NCBI GenBank assembly: GCA_035635755.1
Contig: DASQAK010000198.1
Span: 12,710 to 76,709 of the forward strand
DNA: 64,000 nucleotides
Direction of reading: 5' to 3'
DNA from: Candidatus Methylomirabilota bacterium
Lineage (GTDB): Bacteria; Methylomirabilota; Methylomirabilia; Rokubacteriales; CSP1-6
The notes under the pieces are model-generated. The model ran no database searches. It saw nothing but the letters and a program-made list of their open reading frames with translations, and was not told where the DNA came from. The position numbers and the translations under genes were made by a program. Of the stretch, positions 8,361-16,792 are shown one piece after another. Numbering within the stretch: position 1 is the first letter of the stretch; each line of letters begins with the position of its first letter.

Positions 8361-10604
8361 ATGAATCTCAACCGATGGAAGGTCTGGTCGTGCGTGGCCG
8401 GAGTCCTGCTCCTGCTCGCCCTCGTCACGCCGTCACGAACCGATCTCGGGTGGGCCTACCTCTCGCGGCGCGAATATGCCCTCGCGCGCGAGACCTTCGT
8501 GGAGCAGCTGCGACGCGACCCGTCCGATCCCCAGACCTGGCTCGGACTGGCCGCCGTCTACGATGCGCTCGGAGATCCCGACCGGCAGATCGCGGCGCTC
8601 GAGACGGTGGCTCGCCGCTTCCCGGGCCATCGCGACGCACGCCGGCTCCTCGCCGACGTCTACGAGTGGAACCGCGACCCCGAGAGTGCCCTGCGCGTCC
8701 TCGCGCAGATGCCGCCCACGGGCGAGGCCGAGGACCAGCCGAGGCTCATGCGCGTCCTCGGTCTCTCGCAATGGCTGGGTCAGTACGACCGCATGGTCAT
8801 CTCCCTCCACCAGATCCTGAGGCTGGGGCCGACGGTGCGCGACACTCTCGAGGATCTCGTGGTTTCGGCGCGCGTGCTCGGCCGGCAGAGCGAGGTCTTG
8901 CCGGCCCTTGTCGCCTACGCGGAGCGTCGCCCCTCGGATGCCGAGGGCCAGCGCCTCCTCGCCGAGGTCTACGATTCGCTGGGCGACGAGAAGCAGGCGC
9001 TCGACCGCTGGCGTATCGTGGCCCGCCTGCGGCCCAAGGACGCCGCGGCGCGCGCGCGTCTCCTCCCCGAGCCGGGCGGCGCCGCGCCCGTCGAGGAGCT
9101 GGCCCTTCTCGAGCGTGCCCGCGAGAGCGATCCGCGGGACGAAGCGGCGCGGCGCCGGCTCGTCGAGATCTACCACGGGGCCGGTGACATCCCGCGCGCC
9201 ATCGAGATCCAGCGCGAGCTGGTGGCCCTCCGGCCGCGGGACGCCGAGGCCCTGATCGCCCTCGGGGGACTCCTCGTCGCCCAGGACCGCGGGCGCGAGG
9301 CGATCGGCGTCTACGAGCGCGCCCTCGAGATCGAGCCGGGGCGGGCCAGCCTCGAGATGACCCTGGCCCAGCTCTACGAGTGGACCAATCAGCCCGGCCG
9401 AGCGGCTGCGCTTCTCGAGCGGGCCTCGGCGGCCCGCCCGGGTGACCGGGCCCTCGCCGAGCGTGTGATCGCGGCCGCGAGCGCGGCAGGGGATACGGAC
9501 AAGGCGGTGGCGGTTCTCGACCGGCTCGCTCGGCTGTATCCCGACGATCATCGCTACGCTCGCCGGGCCGCGGACGCGCTCGTGGCCGCCAACCGCGTGC
9601 CCGAGGCGATCCCACGCCAGCGCGCCCTCCTCGAGCGCGAGCCGGGCGCCCCCGAGCCGGCGCTGAGGCTCGCCCAGCTCTACGAATGGACGGGCAAGGA
9701 GGCCGAAGCCATCGGCGTGTACGAGGGGCTGGATCGCGCGGGCAGTCTTCCGGAGGCCTCCGCCCTCAGGCTCGCCGAGCTCTATCGCTTCCAGAACCGC
9801 CCCGCCGATTTCGTGCGGCTGGCCGAGCGGCTCCTGTCGCGACGGCCGGACGACGCGTCGCTGCGACGGGAAGCCATAGAGACAGCGACGGGCCTCGGCC
9901 GCGCGGACCTCGCCCTCAGGCTCCTCCGTCCCCTGGTCGATCGGCAGCCGGCCGACGAGACGCTGGCTCTTCGCTATCTCGGCCTCGCGGCGGAGGCGCG
10001 GCGCCTGGACGACGGGCTCGGCGTGTGGCGGCGATTCCTGGCCGCGACCCCCGGGGCCAAGATCGACGCCCGGCTCAAGGCCGGGAAGCTTCTCGCCGAC
10101 CTTGGGCGGCCGGGGGATGCCATCGTTGAATATGAAGCGGCGGTCGCTTTGGGAGGCGACAAGCCTGAGGCCGCCGCGAACGTGACCGCCCGCCTCGCCC
10201 TCGCCGCGCTCTACGAAGCCACCGGGGCCCCGGCGAAATCGCTGGCCCAGCTCGAGGCGCTCCAGCGGTTGCGCCCGCGTGATCCCGCCATCCTGCGCGA
10301 GGTAGGGCGGCGCAGTCTCGGCCTGTCCCGACAAGAGTCCGCCTTGCGCGCGTATCAGGCGCTGCTCGACCAGGAACCCAACGACCTCGAGGCGCTCAAG
10401 CGGGTCGGCCAGCTCCTGGCCTGGAGCGGCGAGCGACCGCGCGCGAGGCAGGCGCTCGAGCGGTTCAATCGTCTCAAGGGGGGCGACTACGAAGTGCACT
10501 ACCTGCTGGGCGAGATCTACACGGCCGAGCACGACGAGGGACGTGCCCGGTCCGAGTACGAGAAGGCCTTGCGGCTTCTCCCCCCACGGTCAGCCACGAG
10601 ATAG
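8361..10604 (+). CDS. pelB: TPR-repeat scaffold protein with N-terminal membrane anchor, corresponding to the N-terminal TPR region of PelB
   Basis: N-terminal hydrophobic segment VWSCVAGVLLLLALV, then about 700 aa of repeated A/L/R/E-rich 34-residue TPR-like units (..AEVYDSLGD.., ..AQLYEWTG..). It lies in pelB position. Confidence 0.8.
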   Translation: MNLNRWKVWSCVAGVLLLLALVTPSRTDLGWAYLSRREYALARETFVEQLRRDPSDPQTWLGLAAVYDALGDPDRQIAALETVARRFPGHRDARRLLADVYEWNRDPESALRVLAQMPPTGEAEDQPRLMRVLGLSQWLGQYDRMVISLHQILRLGPTVRDTLEDLVVSARVLGRQSEVLPALVAYAERRPSDAEGQRLLAEVYDSLGDEKQALDRWRIVARLRPKDAAARARLLPEPGGAAPVEELALLERARESDPRDEAARRRLVEIYHGAGDIPRAIEIQRELVALRPRDAEALIALGGLLVAQDRGREAIGVYERALEIEPGRASLEMTLAQLYEWTNQPGRAAALLERASAARPGDRALAERVIAAASAAGDTDKAVAVLDRLARLYPDDHRYARRAADALVAANRVPEAIPRQRALLEREPGAPEPALRLAQLYEWTGKEAEAIGVYEGLDRAGSLPEASALRLAELYRFQNRPADFVRLAERLLSRRPDDASLRREAIETATGLGRADLALRLLRPLVDRQPADETLALRYLGLAAEARRLDDGLGVWRRFLAATPGAKIDARLKAGKLLADLGRPGDAIVEYEAAVALGGDKPEAAANVTARLALAALYEATGAPAKSLAQLEALQRLRPRDPAILREVGRRSLGLSRQESALRAYQALLDQEPNDLEALKRVGQLLAWSGERPRARQALERFNRLKGGDYEVHYLLGEIYTAEHDEGRARSEYEKALRLLPPRSATR

Positions 10605-10614
10605 GCCGACCACC

Positions 10615-12189
10615 ATGGTCCGGCTCCTGGTCGCCCTGGCAATCGCGGCGGCCGGAGTCGCCCCTGCCGCCGCCCAGGCGCCGCCCCCCATCCAGGCTCC
10701 GGCCATGCCGGCTCCGGACGATCAAGCGGCGCAGGCCGCGGCGTCCCCGATCGCCCCCGCGACGCAGGCTCAACCAGCGCCGCAGGCCCAACCAGCGCCG
10801 CAGGCCCGACCAGCGCCGCAGGCCCAACCAGCGCCGCAGGCCCAAGAAGACACTCGCGAGGCCGAGATCATCCGCGCCCGCCTTCTCTCGCGACTCGGCC
10901 GCACGGAGGAGGCCCTCGCCGCCTTCGCCGCCCTGCTCGCCAAGTACCCGGACGATCACGCGCTGCGGGCGGACCACGTCGAGTTTCTTCTCGACGCGGG
11001 CTTCACGGACCGGGCGGAAGCCGATCTCGCCCGGCTCCTGCTCGTGGATCCGCGCTCGGCGAGGGTCCGGCGACTGCAGGCGCGCCTCGAGATCGACCGC
11101 GGGGCGCCCCAGCGGGCGGCGGAGATCCTGGCTGCGCTTGTCGAGGAATCGCCGGACGATATCGGGCTCCGCGCCGACCTCGCCTCGGCCCGGCTCGCGG
11201 CCGGGCGCTGGGCGCAGGCACTGTCCGTCTACTCGGATCTCCTCGAGCGGAGTCCCGACAACGAGGACTGGCGCGCGGCTCATCGCGATCTCCTCGCCGG
11301 GTACGCTCCACGCCTGCTGTACACGCACCTGAGCCTCTACCAGCAGCAGGCGTCGCATCACGTGGACGAGGTGACCTGGAAGGGCTGGGTGGGGGAGCAG
11401 TGGTGGGTGCGGGCGGGCACGCGCTACGGCCAGTATCATCAGCAGGCGAGCTCCGGCAATCCCGCCTTCACGGAGCACATCGTGACGCCGCTCGTCGAGG
11501 TGGGCTTCCAGGCGACCAGACGGCTGCTCCTCCGCGCCGGGCTCGAGGAGCCCGTTCGTCACGAGACGGCCCAGACCACCCTGAGGCTCGGGGGAGCCTT
11601 CGATGATGGCCGGCTCGTCACCATGACGCTCGACGCCGCCGTCCACGAGATCGTGACCAATCCCGTCGTCGCCATCCCGCTGCGCGGCACCCGGGACCGC
11701 GTGACGGTCGATCTCAGCCGGCGACTGACGGACTGGGTGGTCGGCTTCGCTCACTACGAGTACCGCCACTACCGCGCCTCGGGCGAGGAGCTCGGGCATG
11801 CGTGGGAAGCCGCGGGGCGAGCCGAGGTCGCGCTCTGGCGATCGCAGCCGTTGCAAGTTACCCTCATCCCACAGCTGTTCTTCGAGGAATACACGCCCGA
11901 CGCGGGCAGCCCGCTCCGCGATCAGATCGCCTTCATTCGGCGCCGCGACATGCTCGGCATGGGGCTCCTCATCGGCTGGGAAGTCCTGCCCGGGCTCCGG
12001 GTGCAGGTCGGCTCCACCGGGCACCGGGATTTTCATCGGGCCGCGACCTCCTGGGAGGCGCTCGGCGAGGTGCGGTGGCGAATTCGGCGCTGGGTCGAGA
12101 TGCGCGTGCTCTATAATCGGAACACGGACGGGAGCCTGCTGGGGGGGACAGAACAGCTCTTCACCGCCAACCTGGAGATCCTCTACTGA
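10615..12189 (+). CDS. pelB: Secreted TPR + C-terminal beta-barrel protein, corresponding to the porin end of PelB
   Basis: Own signal peptide MVRLLVALAIAAAGVAPAAAQA. A Pro/Ala/Gln repeat linker and a few TPRs precede an alternating-polarity C-terminal region ending ..LFTANLEILY, the aromatic terminal residue typical of OM barrels. Confidence 0.75.
   Translation: MVRLLVALAIAAAGVAPAAAQAPPPIQAPAMPAPDDQAAQAAASPIAPATQAQPAPQAQPAPQARPAPQAQPAPQAQEDTREAEIIRARLLSRLGRTEEALAAFAALLAKYPDDHALRADHVEFLLDAGFTDRAEADLARLLLVDPRSARVRRLQARLEIDRGAPQRAAEILAALVEESPDDIGLRADLASARLAAGRWAQALSVYSDLLERSPDNEDWRAAHRDLLAGYAPRLLYTHLSLYQQQASHHVDEVTWKGWVGEQWWVRAGTRYGQYHQQASSGNPAFTEHIVTPLVEVGFQATRRLLLRAGLEEPVRHETAQTTLRLGGAFDDGRLVTMTLDAAVHEIVTNPVVAIPLRGTRDRVTVDLSRRLTDWVVGFAHYEYRHYRASGEELGHAWEAAGRAEVALWRSQPLQVTLIPQLFFEEYTPDAGSPLRDQIAFIRRRDMLGMGLLIGWEVLPGLRVQVGSTGHRDFHRAATSWEALGEVRWRIRRWVEMRVLYNRNTDGSLLGGTEQLFTANLEILY
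10771..10842 (+). repeat. In-frame 18-bp tandem repeat x4 (CAACCAGCGCCGCAGGCC) encoding (QPAPQA)n linker in the PelB-like porin protein
   Basis: Four abutting copies; the third has a single A-to-G change (CGACCAGCG...). Confidence 0.9.
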
Positions 12190-12206
12190 CGTCCTGGACG
12201 AGGAGG

Positions 12207-12779
12207 ATGGAGACGGCGCAGCACAGAGCGCGCGCGGCGCTGGCGCTGCTCGCCACGCTCCTCCTGGTCTCCTGCGCGGGCCCCAGCCAGGAATGGACCC
12301 GCCCCGGCGCGTCGCGGATAAGCAAGCTCGCCGTGCTCCCCTTCGAGAACCAGACCAGCGCCGTCCGGCCCGGCGCCTCCGTGTCCGAGCTCCTGGTCTC
12401 CGAGCTTCTGGCCTCGGGGCCGGTGGCGGTCATGGATCCGAGCGAGGTCGCCGATCTCCTCCGCCGCGAGAACCTCGATCCCGCCGACGCGGGGCGCCTG
12501 CCCTCGGCGCAGCGCATGGGCCGTCTCCTGCAGGTGTCTCACGTCCTCCAGGGCGCCGTCACCGAGTACCGTTACCGTCCCGGCCTTTCCGAGACGCCCG
12601 TGGTCGGCGTGACCGCGCGGGTCATCGACGTCGCCACCGGGGACCTGGTGTGGACCGCGAGCTACGCGCGCTCCGGATCGTCGTGGCGGCAGGAGGGACT
12701 ATCGAGCGTGGCCCAGTCCATTGCCCGGGACATGGCCACGCATCTGTCCGGCGCGCTGGGCGACGCCCGGGCGCGGTAA
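12207..12779 (+). CDS. pelC: Outer-membrane lipoprotein PelC-like
   Basis: Lipobox LLLVSC at the end of the signal peptide. The LAVLPFENQT motif is typical of PelC/TolB-N-like lipoproteins. 190 aa, in pelC position. Confidence 0.8.
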   Translation: METAQHRARAALALLATLLLVSCAGPSQEWTRPGASRISKLAVLPFENQTSAVRPGASVSELLVSELLASGPVAVMDPSEVADLLRRENLDPADAGRLPSAQRMGRLLQVSHVLQGAVTEYRYRPGLSETPVVGVTARVIDVATGDLVWTASYARSGSSWRQEGLSSVAQSIARDMATHLSGALGDARAR

Positions 12780-12786
12780 GCGCCGG

Positions 12787-14157
12787 GTGAGCGGCGCCTC
12801 CCACCGCGTCGACGCCTATCTCCTCGAGCTCGGCGCCGGGATCATCCTGCTCGCCATCGTCAATGTCCTGTTCCTGCCGCACGACATCGGCTTTCTGGGC
12901 TGGCAGCCCAATCCCGCCCTCGCCCTCGTCGCGGTCATCGCGGCGCGCCACGGGCTTCGCGAGGGGATCATGGCCGCCCTCGTGATGGCGGGTCTCGAGC
13001 TCGCCTGCCGGTTCGGCCGAGCCGAAGACCTGTCGTGGAGCATGATGCGGAGCCTGCAGACGTATGTCACCCCCCTCCTGCTCCTGAGCACGGGTTTCCT
13101 CCTGGGTGCCATCCGGGAGGAGCGGCGGCGAGAAACGGAGGGGCTCGGGCAGCGCGTCCGCGATCTCGAGGACGAGCTCGCCGACCAGGCCGTGCGCTTC
13201 ATGGCCGCCTCGGAGGCAAAGCACGAGCTCGAGCGGCGCGTGGCCGACGAGGGCGCCTCCCTCTCCAACCTGTATGCCGCCGCCCAGGCCCTCGAGACCC
13301 TCGACGTCGATCGCCTCTATCCGGCCATCCCCCAGACGGCGCGGCGCTTTCTCCAGGCCGATGCGTGCCAGCTCTATCTCCTCGACGGCGACGTCCTGCG
13401 GCTGCGGGCCGCCGAGGGCGCGCCGCCGCCGCTCACGGAGCTCAATCCGGGAGAAGGGCTCGCGGGGCTCGCCATCCGCCAGGGCAAGGCGCAGAGCCTG
13501 CGCGACCTCATGACGATCTCCACGGCCGAGGAGCTGCAGCGCGCGCCCTTCGTCATGGCCGCCCCGCTCACCGGACGCGAAGGCGCCCTCCTGGGGTGCC
13601 TCACGGTCACCCGCCTGCCCTTCCTGCGTCTCAATCCCGTCGCCCTCGACCGACTCGGGCTCGTGGCGAACTGGGCGGCCCTCGCGGTCGACAACGCCCG
13701 GACGCACGAGAGAACGCGGGCCCGCACCATCCAGGACGATCTCATCCGCGCCTACACGTACGCCTACTACCAGCACCGGCTCGAGGAGGAGGAGGCGCGC
13801 GCCGCGCGCTATGATCGGCCCCTCGCCGTCCTGATCTTCCGCATCCGGCAGCTCGAGCTGATCGCCTCGGCGCGGCGTGCGGAGCTGGGCCGCGTGCTCT
13901 CGCTCGTGTTCAACCACTCGCTGCGCGACGTGGACATCGTCTGCCGCTACGCGACCGACGATGCCTTCGCCGTCATCCTGCCCGAGACGGACGCCGAGGG
14001 CGCGGCGGTGGTGGCCGCGCGTGTCGAGCACGAGATCGCCGCCTTCCAGTTCGCGCCCTACGCCGACGAGGACCGCGACCTCGAGTTCACCATCCGCGTG
14101 CTCCCCGTGCGGGAGCCGGGGCAGGGCCCCGCGAGAGGACGGGAGCCGCGGGGATGA
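12787..14157 (+). CDS. pelD: PelD-like inner-membrane c-di-GMP receptor (TM helices + GAF + degenerate GGDEF)
   Basis: GTG start at 12787. About 4 N-terminal TM helices and a central GAF-like region. The C-terminal GGDEF fold has the active site degenerated to ATDDAF (13951-13968) but keeps the I-site RDVD (13924-13935) with canonical 5-residue spacing. About 456 aa. Confidence 0.85.
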   Translation: MSGASHRVDAYLLELGAGIILLAIVNVLFLPHDIGFLGWQPNPALALVAVIAARHGLREGIMAALVMAGLELACRFGRAEDLSWSMMRSLQTYVTPLLLLSTGFLLGAIREERRRETEGLGQRVRDLEDELADQAVRFMAASEAKHELERRVADEGASLSNLYAAAQALETLDVDRLYPAIPQTARRFLQADACQLYLLDGDVLRLRAAEGAPPPLTELNPGEGLAGLAIRQGKAQSLRDLMTISTAEELQRAPFVMAAPLTGREGALLGCLTVTRLPFLRLNPVALDRLGLVANWAALAVDNARTHERTRARTIQDDLIRAYTYAYYQHRLEEEEARAARYDRPLAVLIFRIRQLELIASARRAELGRVLSLVFNHSLRDVDIVCRYATDDAFAVILPETDAEGAAVVAARVEHEIAAFQFAPYADEDRDLEFTIRVLPVREPGQGPARGREPRG

Positions 14158-15149
14158 GAGCCCTCCTGCTCACCCTGCTCGCGGCGGCGATGGAGGCGGG
14201 GGCCGGCCTCGCCCTCTGGGCCGCCGGCATGCCAGCACTTCCCGTGGCGATCGTCCTCCATGGCCTCGCCAGCCTGCTTGCCGCCGGGGGTCTCGCGCGG
14301 CGCACACGGCCCGACGAGCGGCTCTACGTTTTTGGCACTGTGCTCGCCCTGCCCGGTCTGGGCCTGCTCGGCGTCGCCGGGGTTCGGCTCTGGGCCGTCC
14401 TCGTGCCGCCCTCGGGAATGTACGAGGACATACACACGGAGATGGGCGATCTGCCTGCGCCCGCGCTGCCGCCCGAGTCCGTGGACCGGGTCTCCGAGTG
14501 GGTACAGCAGCAGGTCTCCGTGCAACCCCTGGCCGATCTCGTCCGGGCGGGCGACCCTCGCACCCAGCGCTGGGCCATCGATCTCCTCGGCCGCCGCGGC
14601 GATCGCGCGGCCGTTGACTTGCTCCGCGAAGCGCTGGGCGCCACCGACCGCGACGTGCAGATGGCGGCCTCTTCAGCCCTCCAGCGCGTCGAGGAGCGAC
14701 TCACCCGGGAGATCTCTCGCGGCCAGGAGCGTCTGAGGGAAGAGCCCGACTCGGCCATCGCCTGGCACGCTTTTGGCGAGACCTGTCGGTCCTACTGGGG
14801 CTCGCACCTCCTCGATCCCACCATGGGCCAGCACTGGCTGGGCGAGGCCGAAGCCGCCTACCGACGGGCGCGGGCGCGGCGACCGGGCTGGCTACCGCCT
14901 ACCGTGGGATTGGTGCAAGCACTGCTGGGGCTGGGCAAGCTGCACGAGGCCGAGGCCCTGGCGCGCGAGGCGGAGGAGCTGTCGCCGTCGGGCACCCTCG
15001 ATCTGTTGCTCGCCGAGGTGCTCTTCCGCGAGCAGCGATGGTCCGAGCTTCGACGGCTGGCCCGCGGCGCCGTCGCTGCCGGACGCCAGGATGAGCGGCT
15101 CGCCTGGTGGGCGGGCGCCGAGCCATCGCGAGAGGCCCCGCATGGCTGA
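14154..15149 (+). CDS. pelE: PelE-like inner-membrane TPR protein
   Basis: ATGA overlap with pelD. Hydrophobic N-terminal helices are followed by HEAT/TPR-like repeats. 331 aa, in pelE position. Confidence 0.8.
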   Translation: MRALLLTLLAAAMEAGAGLALWAAGMPALPVAIVLHGLASLLAAGGLARRTRPDERLYVFGTVLALPGLGLLGVAGVRLWAVLVPPSGMYEDIHTEMGDLPAPALPPESVDRVSEWVQQQVSVQPLADLVRAGDPRTQRWAIDLLGRRGDRAAVDLLREALGATDRDVQMAASSALQRVEERLTREISRGQERLREEPDSAIAWHAFGETCRSYWGSHLLDPTMGQHWLGEAEAAYRRARARRPGWLPPTVGLVQALLGLGKLHEAEALAREAEELSPSGTLDLLLAEVLFREQRWSELRRLARGAVAAGRQDERLAWWAGAEPSREAPHG

Positions 15150-16653
15150 GAGGGCGGACGTCTGCCTGATTCTCGAAGGCACGTATCCGTACGTCACGGG
15201 CGGCGTGTCGGCCTGGATCCATCAGCTGCTCCGTGCCCTGCCGGAGATCCGCTTCGCCCTCTTCCACATCGGCTCCACCGCGGGCACCACGCTCACCGCC
15301 CAGTACCAGCTGCCGTCGAACGTCGTCAGCCTGACCAATCTCGGCCTGCATGGCGGCGACGAGCCCGACGTGCATGGCCAGGCCCTCCAGCCCGACGACT
15401 GGGAGGCGGTCCGGACTTTCCACGATCAGCTCCAGGAGGAGCGGACGGCCGGATTCGCCGGACTCATGGAGCGGATCGCGCCCGCCCCCGGGGGCGGGCC
15501 CTCGGGCCACGACTATCTCTACGGCAAGCCCTCCTGGGATGTCGTCCGGCAGATCTATGAAGCGCGCGCGTCCGACGTCTCGTTCGTCGACTACTACTGG
15601 ACCTGGCGCTTCACGCACCTGCCGATGTTCCGGCTCATGCACGCCACGCTTCCAGAGGCCGCCGTGTATCACACGGTCTCCACGGGCTGGGCGGGACTCG
15701 CCGCCACCCTGGCTCGCGTGCGGACCGGTCGCCCCATGCTCCTGACCGAGCACGGCATCTATGCGCGCGAGCGCCGCAGCGAGATCGACCAGGCGGAATG
15801 GATCTATGTCCAGCGGCAGGGGCCGATGAGCCTGTCCGGCGGGCCCGGCTTCTTCAAGGAGCTCTGGACGCGGCTCTTCGTGCGCCTCTCGCAGCTCACC
15901 TATGAGCACGCCGACCTCATCGTCACCATATTCGAGGGCAACCGCCAGGCGCAGATCCGCGACGGCGCCGATCCCGCCAAGACCCTCGTCATCCCCAACG
16001 GGGTGGACATCGAGCCCCTGGCCGCGCTCGTGCCGGTGCCCGCCGCGCCGGGCGAGTTCCGCGTGGGGTTCGTGGGGCGCATCGTTCCGATCAAGGACGT
16101 CAAGACCTTCCTCCGCGCCATCAAGATCCTCGTCGAGCATCTGCCGGGAGCGCGCGCCGTGCTGGCCGGGCCAACCGACGAGGATCCGGACTATGTCACC
16201 GAGTGCCGGACCCTCGCCGCCACTCTCGGGATCCAGGATCGCGTCGAGATCACGGGCGCGGTGGACGTGCGGGAGATCTACGCGCGGCTCGACGCCGTGG
16301 CCCTCACCAGCGTGTCGGAGGGCCTGCCCCTCGTCGTGCTGGAGGCGGGTGCGGCCGGCCTTCCCATGGTCGCCACGGACGTGGGCGCGTGCCGAGAGCT
16401 GCTGCAGGGACGCGACCGCGCCGACCGGGCGCGGGGGCCGAGCGGCCTCGTCACGGGCGTGGCCGACCCCGGCGCGACGTCCGAGGCCCTGCTCACGCTC
16501 GCGCGCGATCCCGGCCTCCGCCACGAGATGGGCCGCGTCGCTCGCGAGCGGATCCGTGCCCACTACCAGGAGCGGGACCTCGTCGCGAGCTATCGCGACA
16601 TCTATAGCCGCCTGATGGCGGCCGCTCCCGATCCCGCGGGTCTAGGCCAATGA
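15142..16653 (+). CDS. pelF: PelF-like GT4 glycosyltransferase
   Basis: The ATG at 15142 overlaps the pelE stop. The N-terminal stretch LILEGTYPYVTGGVSAWIHQL is typical of PelF. The GT4 C-terminal region SVSEGLPLVVLEAGAAGLPMVATDVG is present. About 503 aa. Confidence 0.9.
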   Translation: MAERADVCLILEGTYPYVTGGVSAWIHQLLRALPEIRFALFHIGSTAGTTLTAQYQLPSNVVSLTNLGLHGGDEPDVHGQALQPDDWEAVRTFHDQLQEERTAGFAGLMERIAPAPGGGPSGHDYLYGKPSWDVVRQIYEARASDVSFVDYYWTWRFTHLPMFRLMHATLPEAAVYHTVSTGWAGLAATLARVRTGRPMLLTEHGIYARERRSEIDQAEWIYVQRQGPMSLSGGPGFFKELWTRLFVRLSQLTYEHADLIVTIFEGNRQAQIRDGADPAKTLVIPNGVDIEPLAALVPVPAAPGEFRVGFVGRIVPIKDVKTFLRAIKILVEHLPGARAVLAGPTDEDPDYVTECRTLAATLGIQDRVEITGAVDVREIYARLDAVALTSVSEGLPLVVLEAGAAGLPMVATDVGACRELLQGRDRADRARGPSGLVTGVADPGATSEALLTLARDPGLRHEMGRVARERIRAHYQERDLVASYRDIYSRLMAAAPDPAGLGQ

Positions 16654-16654
16654 T

Positions 16655-16755
16655 AAGGGGCCATCTGCTTCGTTGCCGCCCTCGGCCGCCCGCTCAACGT
16701 ACAGAAAGTACGCCTCGCGTGCGGCCGTCGGGCGACGCCTCGCATCTGGCCCCTT
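16655..16755. repeat. About 101-bp palindromic intergenic element (family X copy 1): termini AAGGGGCCA...TGGCCCCTT
   Basis: It fills most of the only large gap in the pel cluster. It shares GCCCTCGGCYGCMCGCTCAACGTAC and TACGCCTCG...CGCCTCGCATCTGGSCCYTT with the element at 48585-48797. Confidence 0.8.
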
Positions 16756-16792
16756 CTCATTTCCCTAGACAGGCATGAAAGGGCGCTGAACC

